Positions 23,079 through 33,828 of a stretch of DNA of 64,000 bases are shown here, piece by piece (positions within the stretch are counted from its first letter, which is position 1; the number at the start of each line of letters is the position of its first letter). The notes beneath the pieces were generated by a model. It saw only the letters and a list, made by a program, of their open reading frames with translations, was not told the DNA's origin and did no database searches. The DNA is from Candidatus Nomurabacteria bacterium RIFCSPLOWO2_01_FULL_41_18 (GTDB lineage: Bacteria > Patescibacteriota > Minisyncoccia > Phycocordibacterales > UBA9973), in the NCBI GenBank assembly GCA_001785865.1, contig MFUZ01000006.1, forward strand, positions 176,880 to 240,879, given 5' to 3'. Position numbers and translations under genes: made by a program.

Positions 23079-24047
23079 TTAGTCGCTTTCCTCGTTTCCA
23101 ACCACCCCAGAATCTATAGCTGTAATGATATCCCCGATATCGCCTTCCATTATTTTAGGCAGATTATGCCAGGATTTCTTTATACGATGATCTGTCACCC
23201 GGTCTTGTGGAAAATTGTAGGTGCGGATTTTTTCTGATCTGTCAGCTGTGCCTATTTGCTCTTTGCGATCACCCGCATATTTCTTTGCTTCTTTCTCTTC
23301 TTCAAGTTGCTGAAGTTTAGCTGTCAAAATAGCCATCGCCTTTTCTCTGTTTGCAAGCTGACTTCGTTCATTTGTGGAACGCACATCGAGCCCTGTCGGC
23401 TTGTGGATGATACGCACAGCCGTCTCAACTTTGTTTACATTTTGTCCGCCCTTTCCGCCAGAGCGAGAATATTCCATTTCAAATTCTGAAGGATCAATTT
23501 TTACTGTAACTTTTTTCCTAATGGGTAGAACTGCCACCGACGCAGTGGAAGTGTGTATCCTGCCATTTTTTTCAGTCGCAGGCATTCTCTGCACTCTATG
23601 CACGCCCGTTTCATAACGCATTTTATCGTAAATATTTTTTCCTTTTATTTCAAAACTCGCCTCCTTGTAGCCATTCAAATCACTTTTAGATTCATAGTTG
23701 ACTCTCCACTGCCAACCTTGAGCTTCTGAAAACTTCTCATACATATGCGCGAGCTCCCACGCAAAAAGAGATGCCTCGTCTCCGCCGGCGCCTGCCCGCA
23801 CTTCTAGTACTATCTCATTAGTTATCTCTTCTTCTATTTTTTCTTTATCTAAAATTTCTTGAACTTGTTTTTCTATTCTTTCTCTTTCTTCTTGAATAAA
23901 TTTTAATTCTTTTGCTGCCATTTCGTGCAAGCTGTCATCACCCGAGAGCATCTCTCGCACTTCAGCTTCTTCTCGCAAAATTTTTTCTAGCATTTCTGCT
24001 AGATAATTTGTTCTGTGATCTTTCTTAAGTTCAGATATGTCCAACAT
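23079..24047 (-). CDS. prfA: Peptide chain release factor 1
   Basis: GGQ motif, PAT specificity loop, RSEKIRTYNFPQDR. Confidence 0.95.
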   Translation of the reverse strand: MLDISELKKDHRTNYLAEMLEKILREEAEVREMLSGDDSLHEMAAKELKFIQEERERIEKQVQEILDKEKIEEEITNEIVLEVRAGAGGDEASLFAWELAHMYEKFSEAQGWQWRVNYESKSDLNGYKEASFEIKGKNIYDKMRYETGVHRVQRMPATEKNGRIHTSTASVAVLPIRKKVTVKIDPSEFEMEYSRSGGKGGQNVNKVETAVRIIHKPTGLDVRSTNERSQLANREKAMAILTAKLQQLEEEKEAKKYAGDRKEQIGTADRSEKIRTYNFPQDRVTDHRIKKSWHNLPKIMEGDIGDIITAIDSGVVGNEESD

Positions 24048-24266
24048 TTACTTCTTAGCTTTTGCAGTGGCCGCTTTTCTCTTATTGAAACGTTCCACAC
24101 GTCCAGCGGTGTCCATGATCTTTTCATTGCCAGTATAGAAAGGATGACATTGACTACAAATTTCCATCTCGATACTCGCCATAGTCGAACCAACTTCAAA
24201 TACCGCCCCGCAAGCGCAGGTTGCTTTTGTTTTTATATCGTATTTTGGGTGTATATCTTTTTTCAT
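24048..24266 (-). CDS. rpmE: 50S ribosomal protein L31
   Basis: [29 protein letters not shown]. Confidence 0.97.
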   Translation of the reverse strand: MKKDIHPKYDIKTKATCACGAVFEVGSTMASIEMEICSQCHPFYTGNEKIMDTAGRVERFNKRKAATAKAKK

Positions 24267-24289
24267 TGCTCCGAAACATTATCATAAAT

Positions 24290-25669
24290 TTATGATGAAA
24301 GCAAATCGATGTTGGCCTGGATGGAAGCTTTCAGCCTTGCCACACTTTGGCTGTATGAGCAGGAGATTCCTCCGGAACCGTAATATTTGCACGCGGCAAT
24401 ATTTTGAGCGCTGGCGCTCGTACCTATGCCCCCTAGATCCGTCAAGTACATGGAAGAAGCCATGAAAGCATCTTTCGGTTCCCAAGGACTCGCGTCGCGG
24501 CCAAGCAAATTTCGGAGGCGCCCTTCAAACAAAGTCCAGGTAGTAGGAATGAATTGCGCAGGACCCATGGCGCCTCCGTATCCTGCCACTCCCGCGATCG
24601 GACAAGAAATTGCGGTCTGGTTCCAGACTAGGCCGAGCTTTGAAGTGATGCGAAGGAAGTCTTCCACATCCCCTTTTCTTCCTGGCATACCCATCGGTTT
24701 CATGACATTCGAGAAAGGCGTTCCAGTGTTCTTGCCTATCCCCGCTCCAGTCGTCTGGTTTGTGAGATAGCATTGTCCGACGTTTGAACCCAGATTGCTC
24801 TCCTGTGTAAGAATTGCGAGAAGAAAAGCGGGCTCAATGCCGGTAAGTTTTTGAGCCTCTTGCGCGTAAGCAAGCGCTGTGCCAAATTCAATCTTCTGCG
24901 AAGTGTTTGCGAGCGGGAACAAAGCGCTCCTAATCCTGTCGGCCCTTGCTTTCTTTTCTGCAGCCAACTTTTGATAAGCAGCTTCGGTCTGCTGGGAAAT
25001 AGAGAGAAGTTGCCTCTTTTCAGCTTCAGAAACAGCTACTTTTTTTTGAGCGCTTTCGAGCTCCGCTTTCGCGTCAGTCTCTGCATTTTGCTTTTTCTCC
25101 AGATCCTGCTTGGCGACTTCGGTCTCTTGCTTAACCCCTTTGATCATATCCACTGAATCTTTTACTGCTGCCTTGAGTGAAGTATAGGATTCGAGATCAT
25201 TATAAAAATTAGAAAGATTGTCGTCAGAAAGAATGAGGTGCACTATATTTTCATTATCATACTCATTTGTATTCCGCAATAATTGGGCCAAGGATTCATA
25301 TTCGCGTTCTATCTTGCTCGAAAGAGAATTGATAGTTTTGGCTTTCTCGGTGATATTGATCTTCAGTTGAGCAATCACGAGCCCCCTCGCCTTGATTTTG
25401 GCTTTTAGGGCATTTATCTGGCTGTTTAAATAATTCACATCTCCGGTCAAGGTACCGGTTTGCTTTTGCTGCTGTTTCTGTAAGTCAAGTAACTTGGCGA
25501 GTTCCGCTTCTATCTGCGAAAGTTCGTTCTTGCAATAATTTTTATCTGACTCGCTTGAAGAAGGAGTGAGTTTAAGACAATCAAAAGCAGCCTCTCCTCT
25601 CACTAAGGGAAAGATTAATAATCCACTAAACAGTAAAAAGCTAACAAAAAATACGGTATTTCTAACCAT
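24290..25669 (-). CDS. Secreted coiled-coil protein with C-terminal lytic transglycosylase domain
   Basis: Signal peptide, long coiled coil, AILTQES catalytic Glu, GAMGPAQFIPTTW. Confidence 0.85.
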   Translation of the reverse strand: MVRNTVFFVSFLLFSGLLIFPLVRGEAAFDCLKLTPSSSESDKNYCKNELSQIEAELAKLLDLQKQQQKQTGTLTGDVNYLNSQINALKAKIKARGLVIAQLKINITEKAKTINSLSSKIEREYESLAQLLRNTNEYDNENIVHLILSDDNLSNFYNDLESYTSLKAAVKDSVDMIKGVKQETEVAKQDLEKKQNAETDAKAELESAQKKVAVSEAEKRQLLSISQQTEAAYQKLAAEKKARADRIRSALFPLANTSQKIEFGTALAYAQEAQKLTGIEPAFLLAILTQESNLGSNVGQCYLTNQTTGAGIGKNTGTPFSNVMKPMGMPGRKGDVEDFLRITSKLGLVWNQTAISCPIAGVAGYGGAMGPAQFIPTTWTLFEGRLRNLLGRDASPWEPKDAFMASSMYLTDLGGIGTSASAQNIAACKYYGSGGISCSYSQSVARLKASIQANIDLLSS

Positions 25670-25690
25670 ATTTTTATTATATCACAAATC

Positions 25691-26392
25691 TTATTTTTTC
25701 TCGGCTTTTTCCCCGCCTGCGTGTGCAGGTTCCTTGGCAGCGACAGTAACGGCATCTGCGGCCGGAACTCCTTCCTCCTCTTTCTTGCCTTTCTTCTCAA
25801 CTTCAATTGCAGTCAAATCAGGCGCTACGACAACTTCCTCTTTTTCTTCCACTTGAGCAACGACAGATGCGACAACATCACCGGCAGATGTGATAGCCAC
25901 GACTCCAGATGGCAATTTGATATCAGAAACTAAAATATTATTATCTAAAGTTTCAAGCTTTGATATGTCAACAGAAAGATTGTGCGGTAAATGAGCAGGC
26001 AGAGCTTCGATTTCTATTTCATGAAGAACTTTTACAAGGTTTCCTATGCCAGTTTTAACTGCATTTGATATACCTTCAAAGACAAGAGGTACTTTAACTT
26101 TTATTTTCTTTTTCATGTCAATAGCCAAAAAGTCTACATGAATAGGTTCGTCTGTCACTGGATCTACTTGTACTTCGTGAATGAGCACATCTATGTCTCC
26201 ATCTGATGTGGCAACTTTAACAGCTGAAGATTCCCCTGCCTCCCTCCAGACTTTCTTGAATTCAATATTTGAAATAACAATGGAAGTGGTATCTTGTCCC
26301 GCACCGTAAAAAACAGCTGGGATTTTCCCAGATTTTCTTAAAACACCTAATTTCGTATCCAAATCTCGCTTGGAAGCTTTAATTACAAACAT
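25691..26392 (-). CDS. rplY: 50S ribosomal protein L25 (Ctc type)
   Basis: IPAVFYG, Q.DPV...IHVDF. Confidence 0.95.
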   Translation of the reverse strand: MFVIKASKRDLDTKLGVLRKSGKIPAVFYGAGQDTTSIVISNIEFKKVWREAGESSAVKVATSDGDIDVLIHEVQVDPVTDEPIHVDFLAIDMKKKIKVKVPLVFEGISNAVKTGIGNLVKVLHEIEIEALPAHLPHNLSVDISKLETLDNNILVSDIKLPSGVVAITSAGDVVASVVAQVEEKEEVVVAPDLTAIEVEKKGKKEEEGVPAADAVTVAAKEPAHAGGEKAEKK

Positions 26393-26427
26393 AGGAACAG
26401 TATATAGAAAAAAAATAAAAATGCAAA

Positions 26428-28182
26428 TCAGACCTTATGCTTCGCGTCATGCTCGATAGCAATATGGTCTGTGATATATTTTTTTGTTCCTTCCTCTTCA
26501 GTAGGCACTTTTTTCCCTGGATTTAAAATGTTTAACGGATCGAAAATTTTCTTTATTTCCGCAAAGAGCCGTATTATCTCTTTTGGATACATTTTGTCGA
26601 GATATGGAGTGCGGATGATGCCATCATTGTGCTCCGCAGTAATTGAGCCATGGTATCTCCCCACCAAGTCATAGACTTTGTCTGAAAGCTCCATAATAAT
26701 CTTAGCGGTACCTGGACGCTTGAAATCCATCAGCGGAATGATATGGAAATTCCCGTCTCCGGCATGGCCGGCTAAGGTAAACATAAGATCGTATCCGCTT
26801 AATATCGCGTTTAACTCCGGAAGGAACTTCGGCAAAAATTCTGGGCGAACGATCACATCATCGATAAATGGAGCAGTACGCATACCTTTGACATGCTTCC
26901 GAAGGAGCGCAAAGCTCTCTCGGCGGATATCCCAATATTTATTCGCTTCAATTTCTGATTTAGTTATATGAACTTTCAACCCCGACGCATTAGGTTGGGA
27001 TCCCGACTTTATGTCGGGATTAAAAATTTTCAACCTTGATTTTAATACTTGGCATTTTTTATCAACTTCCTTTTCATCATTACCGGCAAACTCAGCCAGA
27101 ATAATTAATTTAGGAAAACCATCTTTAAGCATAAGAAGCGCTTCCGGCAAAAAACTCCACATGAATTTAAGCATTCCCAAAATTCCTTTGTTCTTGAGAA
27201 AATCCGGGAAAAATTTGACCGCTAGCTTCATAGTCTTGTCATCATATGTTTCGAGAGTTTCCGGGTTGAGGGTGAGGATCTCTTCCACCAAGCGCCCGAG
27301 CGGGCCTATGTCGTTCACAAAGATGGCCACAAGCTTGGAATATTTGTTCTCTGGGATCACCTTGAAAGTAATCTCTGTGACAATACCCAAAGTGCCCTGT
27401 GAACCGACTAATAATTTATTGAGATCAAATGCATACCCTTCGGCTCCGCTCAGGGTCTTTGGCTTTTGGCCTTCGACATTCCAAATATAATATCCAGCAG
27501 AATTCTTGCTTACTTTTGGTTTTGCGTGTTGTATTTCTGATTCATTATTTTGTATTAATGAAAATATATTTTTATAAACATTCCCCTCAAAATCGTTCTG
27601 AGTAATCTTTTTATTTAATTCTTGTTTATTGAGTGGCTTTACGACATATTCATTACCATCAGCAAAGACCACTTTGGCTTCTAAAATATAATTTTCAGTT
27701 TGACCGTATTTTAAAGTTCTCTCGCCAGCAGAATTGTTTCCAAACATGCCACCCATGGCATTTATACTTTTTGAAGCCGTGTAGCACGGCAAAATCATTC
27801 CTTTTTCTAAAGTTATTTTTTCAAAATCTCTATAAAACATCCCGGGTTGAACGGCAATTTCCCATATAGACTTTGTTTTCATGGGTAATGGCCCGCCAAT
27901 TAATTTATTCATGTACCGAGTGAAATCCAAAATAATAGATTCACCTATCGCTCCCCCCGACATATCGGTTCCGGCACACCTCGCTGTGATAGAAAGATCC
28001 GGATACTTTTGTTTATTTTCATTTACCCATTTAACTAAATTTTTCACATCTTCCGAATCTTTTGGAAAAAGCACAATTTTAGGCCGCACTTCAAGTAAGC
28101 TCGCATCATGCGAATATTTTAAAAGCGTTTCTGCATCATCCTCCACATCTCCCCTAAAAAATTTTTGTATTTCGGGTTTCAT
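26428..28182 (-). CDS. FAD-linked oxidoreductase (GlcD/D-2-hydroxyacid dehydrogenase family)
   Basis: AGTDMSG, GSQGTLG, GHAGDGNFH, AEHNDG, FDPLNILNPGK. Confidence 0.88.
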   Translation of the reverse strand: MKPEIQKFFRGDVEDDAETLLKYSHDASLLEVRPKIVLFPKDSEDVKNLVKWVNENKQKYPDLSITARCAGTDMSGGAIGESIILDFTRYMNKLIGGPLPMKTKSIWEIAVQPGMFYRDFEKITLEKGMILPCYTASKSINAMGGMFGNNSAGERTLKYGQTENYILEAKVVFADGNEYVVKPLNKQELNKKITQNDFEGNVYKNIFSLIQNNESEIQHAKPKVSKNSAGYYIWNVEGQKPKTLSGAEGYAFDLNKLLVGSQGTLGIVTEITFKVIPENKYSKLVAIFVNDIGPLGRLVEEILTLNPETLETYDDKTMKLAVKFFPDFLKNKGILGMLKFMWSFLPEALLMLKDGFPKLIILAEFAGNDEKEVDKKCQVLKSRLKIFNPDIKSGSQPNASGLKVHITKSEIEANKYWDIRRESFALLRKHVKGMRTAPFIDDVIVRPEFLPKFLPELNAILSGYDLMFTLAGHAGDGNFHIIPLMDFKRPGTAKIIMELSDKVYDLVGRYHGSITAEHNDGIIRTPYLDKMYPKEIIRLFAEIKKIFDPLNILNPGKKVPTEEEGTKKYITDHIAIEHDAKHKV

Positions 28183-28874
28183 ATTCTGTCTCGATATTTT
28201 ATGAAATCATTAATAAATAATCTATATAATGCGGGAGTAATTTTTTTTATCTCTTCCGCCCACTTTCGTACAATTTCCATTTCGCTATTAAAATTAACCC
28301 TAGACATATAAAAAAGAGTTGCGAAAGGAATAAGATCTGGTTCGTCTTTCAATCTTTCAATTTTTTCATCTTCTGAAACCATTAAAACTTGTGGCTTTAT
28401 TCTATCTCTATATGCTCCTACAGTTTTGGGATATATTTTATCGTATGCTTCAATCGCTGTTTGCGGTAAGCCAGACATTCTACCCATTTCCCAATAAATT
28501 TCTGGATCTCTTTCATGATTACCATAATCGGGCCTAGACCAAAAATGTGATATTAAATCTAAGTCCTTTTGATTATTTGCAACAAGACAAATTTTACCCG
28601 GTCTTGATCCTCGTATTCTTATATTCAATACTGGACCTTCATTAAACAACATACCAGCCTTTTCAACTCTTTCTTTCAAGTCACGTAACACTGATTCTGG
28701 CATGCCAAGTTCAAGAGATACCGCAGTGGCTGTTTTTAACCCCTTCCAAACAAGCACAAGAAAAACTCTATCTTTTGGCTCTAAATGTTGAAAACTCTCC
28801 AACGAAGTTGCTATTTTGTGTTCTTCTGCATTTAATTCTCTTTTTTGTTGTCCAACACTATCAGGTGTTTTCAT
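28179..28874 (-). CDS. Hypothetical protein
   Basis: 231-aa ORF with 4-bp overlaps to both neighbours. Confidence 0.7.
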   Translation of the reverse strand: MKTPDSVGQQKRELNAEEHKIATSLESFQHLEPKDRVFLVLVWKGLKTATAVSLELGMPESVLRDLKERVEKAGMLFNEGPVLNIRIRGSRPGKICLVANNQKDLDLISHFWSRPDYGNHERDPEIYWEMGRMSGLPQTAIEAYDKIYPKTVGAYRDRIKPQVLMVSEDEKIERLKDEPDLIPFATLFYMSRVNFNSEMEIVRKWAEEIKKITPALYRLFINDFIKYRDRI

Positions 28875-29446
28875 AATTTTTTATTTAAATACTTTAAAAT
28901 CACAGCCACACTTCTGTCCTCCTTCATTTTACCAGATAGTGCTAATTCTTTTAATTCATCTTTAGAGATTTTTTTGACTTCTATTTTTTCATGTTCTTCT
29001 AGTTTCTGTCCAACTTGTTCATATTTTTTAATTACAAAATAATACAAATCCCACTCAAAACTACCTCCGCATTTAGAAATACAAAAAAATTCCATTTCAA
29101 TAGGTTTTACGCCCACTTCTTCCATTCCTTCTCTGATAACAGCAACTTTCACTTTTTCTAGAATTTCTTTTTGATTTTTTGGGTCTTTCTGTTTTACTAA
29201 AAAATCATTGTACTCAATCAAGGAATCAAAAACTTTTCCACCTGGTAATCTAAAATCTATACCTAAACCAAATCTTTCTTCTTTGCTTATTAAAAATTCA
29301 CCATCTGGGGTTTCGATAATTAATCGCACTCCTGGAGCCCTGCGTCCTTTTTCTAACACAATTTCTTTACCATTTGGAAAAAGAGTCTCGTGAACTATTT
29401 CTATCATTTTTCCTTGATAAACTATTTTTTGATTTTTACTTTGCAT
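28871..29446 (-). CDS. NUDIX hydrolase
   Basis: LPGG...REGMEEVG Nudix box with an insertion. Confidence 0.85.
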   Translation of the reverse strand: MQSKNQKIVYQGKMIEIVHETLFPNGKEIVLEKGRRAPGVRLIIETPDGEFLISKEERFGLGIDFRLPGGKVFDSLIEYNDFLVKQKDPKNQKEILEKVKVAVIREGMEEVGVKPIEMEFFCISKCGGSFEWDLYYFVIKKYEQVGQKLEEHEKIEVKKISKDELKELALSGKMKEDRSVAVILKYLNKKL

Positions 29447-29495
29447 ATTTGTATCCTAAATTTCATCTTTAGTCCTTTCGGATAAATGTATGAAA

Positions 29496-30368
29496 TTACT
29501 TCATCCCGCTAAAGAGTTTTAGTCGAGCTTCTACAACTTTCTCTACTGCATCTACAGCAGGAGGCAAATATTTATAAGGGGTAATTTCTTCAGGACTATC
29601 ATTCAGAGCTTTCCTTAATGCCTTAGTAAAGGCAACACGAATCTCAGTATTGATATGAACTATGTCCACACCTTCCTTTATGCAAGCGATGAAGTCTTCA
29701 TCCATTGAACCAGAACCACCATGCAATACTAATGGTATACCCGTAGCTTTGCGGATATCTTTGACGCGCTCAGGATGTAATCTAGGATTACCACTTTTAA
29801 CCATACCATGCACATTGCCAATAGAAGGTGCTAAAAGATCAATACCAGTTTCATCCACAAAATGCTTTGCATCTTCTGGGGTTGTCATCGTAGCTTCTGA
29901 AACTCCATCTGGAATTTTATCTAGAATTTTTGAAGATGAACCAATGAAACCAAGCTCTGCCTCTATTAAAATCTCTCTATTCTCTTTTTTAGAAAGCTCA
30001 CGAGCATACTCCACGCATTGTTTAGTAATTTTTATATTTTCTTCTAGTGGAAGTTTAACCAGATCGATAACGGCCGAATCAAAACCAGCATCTAGCGAAT
30101 TTTTTACCGCCTCAAAACTGTAATGATGGTCCGCATTCAAAAATATCGGATAATTGTCTCTGGCGCGCAACGCTCGCACGACAGCCACTGCCTCATTTTT
30201 TCCGAAAAATTCTTCTTCCCCTTCGGAGAGTCCAATAATAATCGGCACGCCTAATTTTTTTGCCGCGTTGTAAATACCGTGTAGCGCTTCTAGATTTGAA
30301 ATATTAAAATGACCCATCGCAATGCCTTTCTTATCCGCCTCTAAAATATATTCTTTATATGTTTTCAT
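29496..30368 (-). CDS. fba: Class II fructose-bisphosphate aldolase family protein
   Basis: ADHH, EAELG, GNVHG, LVLHGGSG, INTEIR. Confidence 0.9.
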   Translation of the reverse strand: MKTYKEYILEADKKGIAMGHFNISNLEALHGIYNAAKKLGVPIIIGLSEGEEEFFGKNEAVAVVRALRARDNYPIFLNADHHYSFEAVKNSLDAGFDSAVIDLVKLPLEENIKITKQCVEYARELSKKENREILIEAELGFIGSSSKILDKIPDGVSEATMTTPEDAKHFVDETGIDLLAPSIGNVHGMVKSGNPRLHPERVKDIRKATGIPLVLHGGSGSMDEDFIACIKEGVDIVHINTEIRVAFTKALRKALNDSPEEITPYKYLPPAVDAVEKVVEARLKLFSGMK

Positions 30369-30372
30369 TCTT

Positions 30373-31836
30373 TTATTTTAACATTTCTATTAAAATTTGC
30401 TTTGTAACTACTGGATTTACAGAACCTTTTGTCTCTTTCATTATTTGGCCAACGAGAGACATCAATGCTTGCTCTTTGCCCCTTTTGTAATCTGCTACAA
30501 CCTTTGGATTAGCATCTATAATCTTTTGTGCTATTTGTTTTAACGCCCTTGTGTCATTACTCTGAAGTAAATTCTGTTCTGTAGCTATTTTAAGCGGTGA
30601 TTCATCTTTTGTGACTAAAGTTGCTAAAATATCTTTGGCCACACGAGAAGAAATCTTATTTTCTCCAACTAAATTTATAAGCTCTGAAAAATTGTTTTCA
30701 CTTGGAAGCTTTGCATTTTTTTCAGACTTTTTAATACCTATATAATCTGTCGTAATATAATTCGATGCTATTTTTATTTTATCCTTATCTTTTAAAACCT
30801 TTGCAACTTTTTCAAACCAAGCACTAAGCGTAGGGTCATTTATGTAAACTTCAATATCTTCGTCTTTTATTCGAAAATCTTTTTTATACCTAGAGCGCTT
30901 AGCAACAGGCAATTCCGGCAATTCTTTCTTCATCTTTTCTAAATCAAATGCTTCGTGCAGTTTCAATTTAGGAAGATCGGGTTCAGGAAAATAGCGGTAG
31001 TCGGCGCTTCCCTCCTTCTTTCTCTGTGAAAAAGTCTTTTGTTTATTTTCATCCCAGCCACGAGTTTCCTGTACTATTTCTGACTCTTTACCACTCTCTA
31101 GTAATTCAGTCATTCTATCAAGCTCATATTTTATGGCACGCTCCACACTTCTGAACGAATTTAGATTCTTCACTTCCACTTTTGTGCCTAATTTTTTAGA
31201 GTCCGTAGAAATAGAAATATTCGCCTCAACTCGCATTTCGCCTTTTTCCATATTTGCTTCCGACACGCCGAGATACCAGAGCAAGAGCTGAAATTCTTTT
31301 GCGAATTTTGTCGCGCCCAAAGCCGCCTCATCCGCTTTTTGAAATGTGGTCGATTCGGTGACCAGCTCCATTAACGGCATTCCGGCTCTATTAAAATCTA
31401 CTAAACTATACCTTCCGAGATCGCCTGCCCCGTAGGAAGTACTCTTTCCTTCGGGGTGTTTGTTGTTCGCAGTATCTTCCTCTAAGTGCACTCGGGTGAT
31501 ATCGAAATCCACCAAATGTCCGCCGGAGACTATCGGATACTTGTATTGCGAGATCTGATACCCCTTCGGGATGTCGGGATAAAAATAATTCTTGCGGTCA
31601 AATTCGGAGAAGTCCGCAATGTTGCCACCAATCGCGAGACCGACCTTGATGACATTTTCTATTGCTTGTTTGTTCGCGACAGGAAGAGCGCCGGGGTGCG
31701 CCATGCATACCGGGCAAATATTTGTATTCGGCCTCTCCTCGTCCGGGTCGTTCTTGCAAACACAAAACATTTTCGTCAGTGTTTTGAGTTCGGCGTGGAC
31801 CTCGAGACCGATCGTTGGGTAATATTTTTTATCCAT
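30373..31836 (-). CDS. gatB: Asp/Glu-tRNA amidotransferase subunit B
   Basis: IGLEVHAEL, RKNYFYPD, HLEED, EVKNLNS, DYRYFPEPDL; likely start ATG 31836. Confidence 0.96.
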   Translation of the reverse strand: MDKKYYPTIGLEVHAELKTLTKMFCVCKNDPDEERPNTNICPVCMAHPGALPVANKQAIENVIKVGLAIGGNIADFSEFDRKNYFYPDIPKGYQISQYKYPIVSGGHLVDFDITRVHLEEDTANNKHPEGKSTSYGAGDLGRYSLVDFNRAGMPLMELVTESTTFQKADEAALGATKFAKEFQLLLWYLGVSEANMEKGEMRVEANISISTDSKKLGTKVEVKNLNSFRSVERAIKYELDRMTELLESGKESEIVQETRGWDENKQKTFSQRKKEGSADYRYFPEPDLPKLKLHEAFDLEKMKKELPELPVAKRSRYKKDFRIKDEDIEVYINDPTLSAWFEKVAKVLKDKDKIKIASNYITTDYIGIKKSEKNAKLPSENNFSELINLVGENKISSRVAKDILATLVTKDESPLKIATEQNLLQSNDTRALKQIAQKIIDANPKVVADYKRGKEQALMSLVGQIMKETKGSVNPVVTKQILIEMLK

Positions 31837-31883
31837 AGGCAATATCAATATAATATCATAAACAACATCAACGTGCGTATGGA

Positions 31884-32564
31884 TTACTGCCTTTGAATTC
31901 TTTCTTGGACAATTTTTCCGTCGTCCAAATGAACTATGCGCTCGGCGAATTTGCTGTATTCTTCCTCGTGAGTCACCATAATGATAGTCTGGCCTCCTTT
32001 ATGTAGTTCTTTAAAAATATTCATGATGATACGGGAGGATTCGTTGTCGAGATTCGCTGTCGGCTCGTCGGCAAACAATATCTGCGGTTCATGTGCGATC
32101 GCCCGAGCGATGCTCACTCTCTGCTGTTCTCCGCCGGAGAGCTGGCTCGGCAAATTAAAAAGCTTTTTATCTAGTCCGATTTTTGAGAGAGCCTCGCCCG
32201 CCTTTTTATAGGCCTGCTTTTCCGAAATATTCTGCATCAAGAGAGGCAGAGCCACATTTTCGATTGCATTCATTTCAGGCAGGAGCGCATAGTCCTGAAA
32301 AACATACCCTAACTTGGAAAGACGAAAGTATGTCTTTTCACTGATTGAGAGTGAGTTCATATTTTTATTGTCTATATAAATATCCCCCTCGGTTGGCTCG
32401 TCGAGTAGGCTCATCTGGTAAAGAAAAGTGCTTTTCCCTGCACCGGAACGGCCCATGATTGCGATGAACTCCCCGCCTTTCGCTACAAAATTAATTCCTT
32501 TCAGAACTTCTGTCACAGTTTCTCCATCTTTGAATAATTTTTTTAAATTTTTTACTTCAATCAT
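31884..32564 (-). CDS. ABC transporter ATP-binding protein (LolD/MacB type)
   Basis: GRSGAGKS, LSGGEQQRV, ADEPTANLD. Confidence 0.93.
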   Translation of the reverse strand: MIEVKNLKKLFKDGETVTEVLKGINFVAKGGEFIAIMGRSGAGKSTFLYQMSLLDEPTEGDIYIDNKNMNSLSISEKTYFRLSKLGYVFQDYALLPEMNAIENVALPLLMQNISEKQAYKKAGEALSKIGLDKKLFNLPSQLSGGEQQRVSIARAIAHEPQILFADEPTANLDNESSRIIMNIFKELHKGGQTIIMVTHEEEYSKFAERIVHLDDGKIVQERIQRQ

Positions 32565-32569
32565 ATAAT

Positions 32570-33826
32570 TTAATTTCTGCCTAAAATGGAATCTAATGTA
32601 TTTTTACGGACGATGAGACGCGCGGGGATAAACCCGGCCACTATCGTGGTAAACATCAATAACCCCACTCTAAATAACGTACCACCGACCGGGGCTACCA
32701 ATATACCGTCGCTGAAAGGAAAATCTATCGGATGCGCCGCGATAAATGGTTGGAGCACACCGTAAAGCACGAGAATGCCTATGACGGAACCGCAAAAAGC
32801 ATAAAAGAAGGATTGTAATATATAGGAGATCTCGATTGCCCTCTCATTGATGCCGATTCCTTTCAAAATTCCAATAAATTTTCTTCTGGTAATTGCATTG
32901 ATGAAAATCACAATGAAAATAGTGATCGAGGCGACGACCAGACCGATGGAAGAAAGCATGTTTCCGAGCAGAGCAAACGTGTCGATCATATCTTTTATGA
33001 ACTTCGGCTGCGCATCGGCATATGTTTGGACCTTGGCTACGCGGTCGATCCCATTCTGTTTGAGAATATCGCGGACAACTTCTGGATCGGTGCCAGGTTT
33101 CAGTTTGATGGATATTTCATCTACGTTGTAATCATTGCGCCCGATAATGCTGCGAAGCTGAGAATCCACCATGAAGACCCGGAGGCTGACTTCATCCACT
33201 TTCGCTTTAATGATGCCCTTGATAGTGACTTCTCGCTCGATACCGTGCACATTGATACGGATTTTCACGCCAGGAGCCACATTGTAAAGAGTTGTAAATC
33301 CTGGAGAATCGATCGGCAAATATTCGCTATCAAGATAAGCACCAAGCATGACTTGATCATAGTCTGTGGGCGAGAGGTATTCCCCTTCGACTATGAACTT
33401 CGAGAGATTGGTAACCTCGTCCTCAGCCACTGGATCAATGCCGGTCACTGAGGCGACAGCAGTGTTAGGTTTCTCTTTGTCATTGGTTCGCGTCTTGTAA
33501 TTGGCCTCGAGAGTACCGCCTTCCAGATATCGCGCCGAGACGGCTTCCACCTGTGGCAAAGAATTCACAATACTCATAATTTCCGGACTACTCTCTATGT
33601 AAGTTTTGTTATTTAAGGTAGATATGATGACATCACTCGTATAATGGCTACGCACAGCGACTATCGCCCCTTGGATGAGTCCCACCAAGATTCCGCTCAC
33701 CACCACTAAATTAATGAAGGTGAAAAACATTACGAAAATGATAAGAATTGTAGTCCATATACTAGACCTTCTGATTTGCCGTTTCGCCAGAAAAAATCCT
33801 ATTCGAATATTCAATAAAGAAAACAT
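32570..33826 (-). CDS. ABC transporter permease (FtsX/MacB type)
   Basis: One TM, large extracellular domain, then three TM with IGILKGIG. Confidence 0.88.
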   Translation of the reverse strand: MFSLLNIRIGFFLAKRQIRRSSIWTTILIIFVMFFTFINLVVVSGILVGLIQGAIVAVRSHYTSDVIISTLNNKTYIESSPEIMSIVNSLPQVEAVSARYLEGGTLEANYKTRTNDKEKPNTAVASVTGIDPVAEDEVTNLSKFIVEGEYLSPTDYDQVMLGAYLDSEYLPIDSPGFTTLYNVAPGVKIRINVHGIEREVTIKGIIKAKVDEVSLRVFMVDSQLRSIIGRNDYNVDEISIKLKPGTDPEVVRDILKQNGIDRVAKVQTYADAQPKFIKDMIDTFALLGNMLSSIGLVVASITIFIVIFINAITRRKFIGILKGIGINERAIEISYILQSFFYAFCGSVIGILVLYGVLQPFIAAHPIDFPFSDGILVAPVGGTLFRVGLLMFTTIVAGFIPARLIVRKNTLDSILGRN

Positions 33827-33828
33827 AA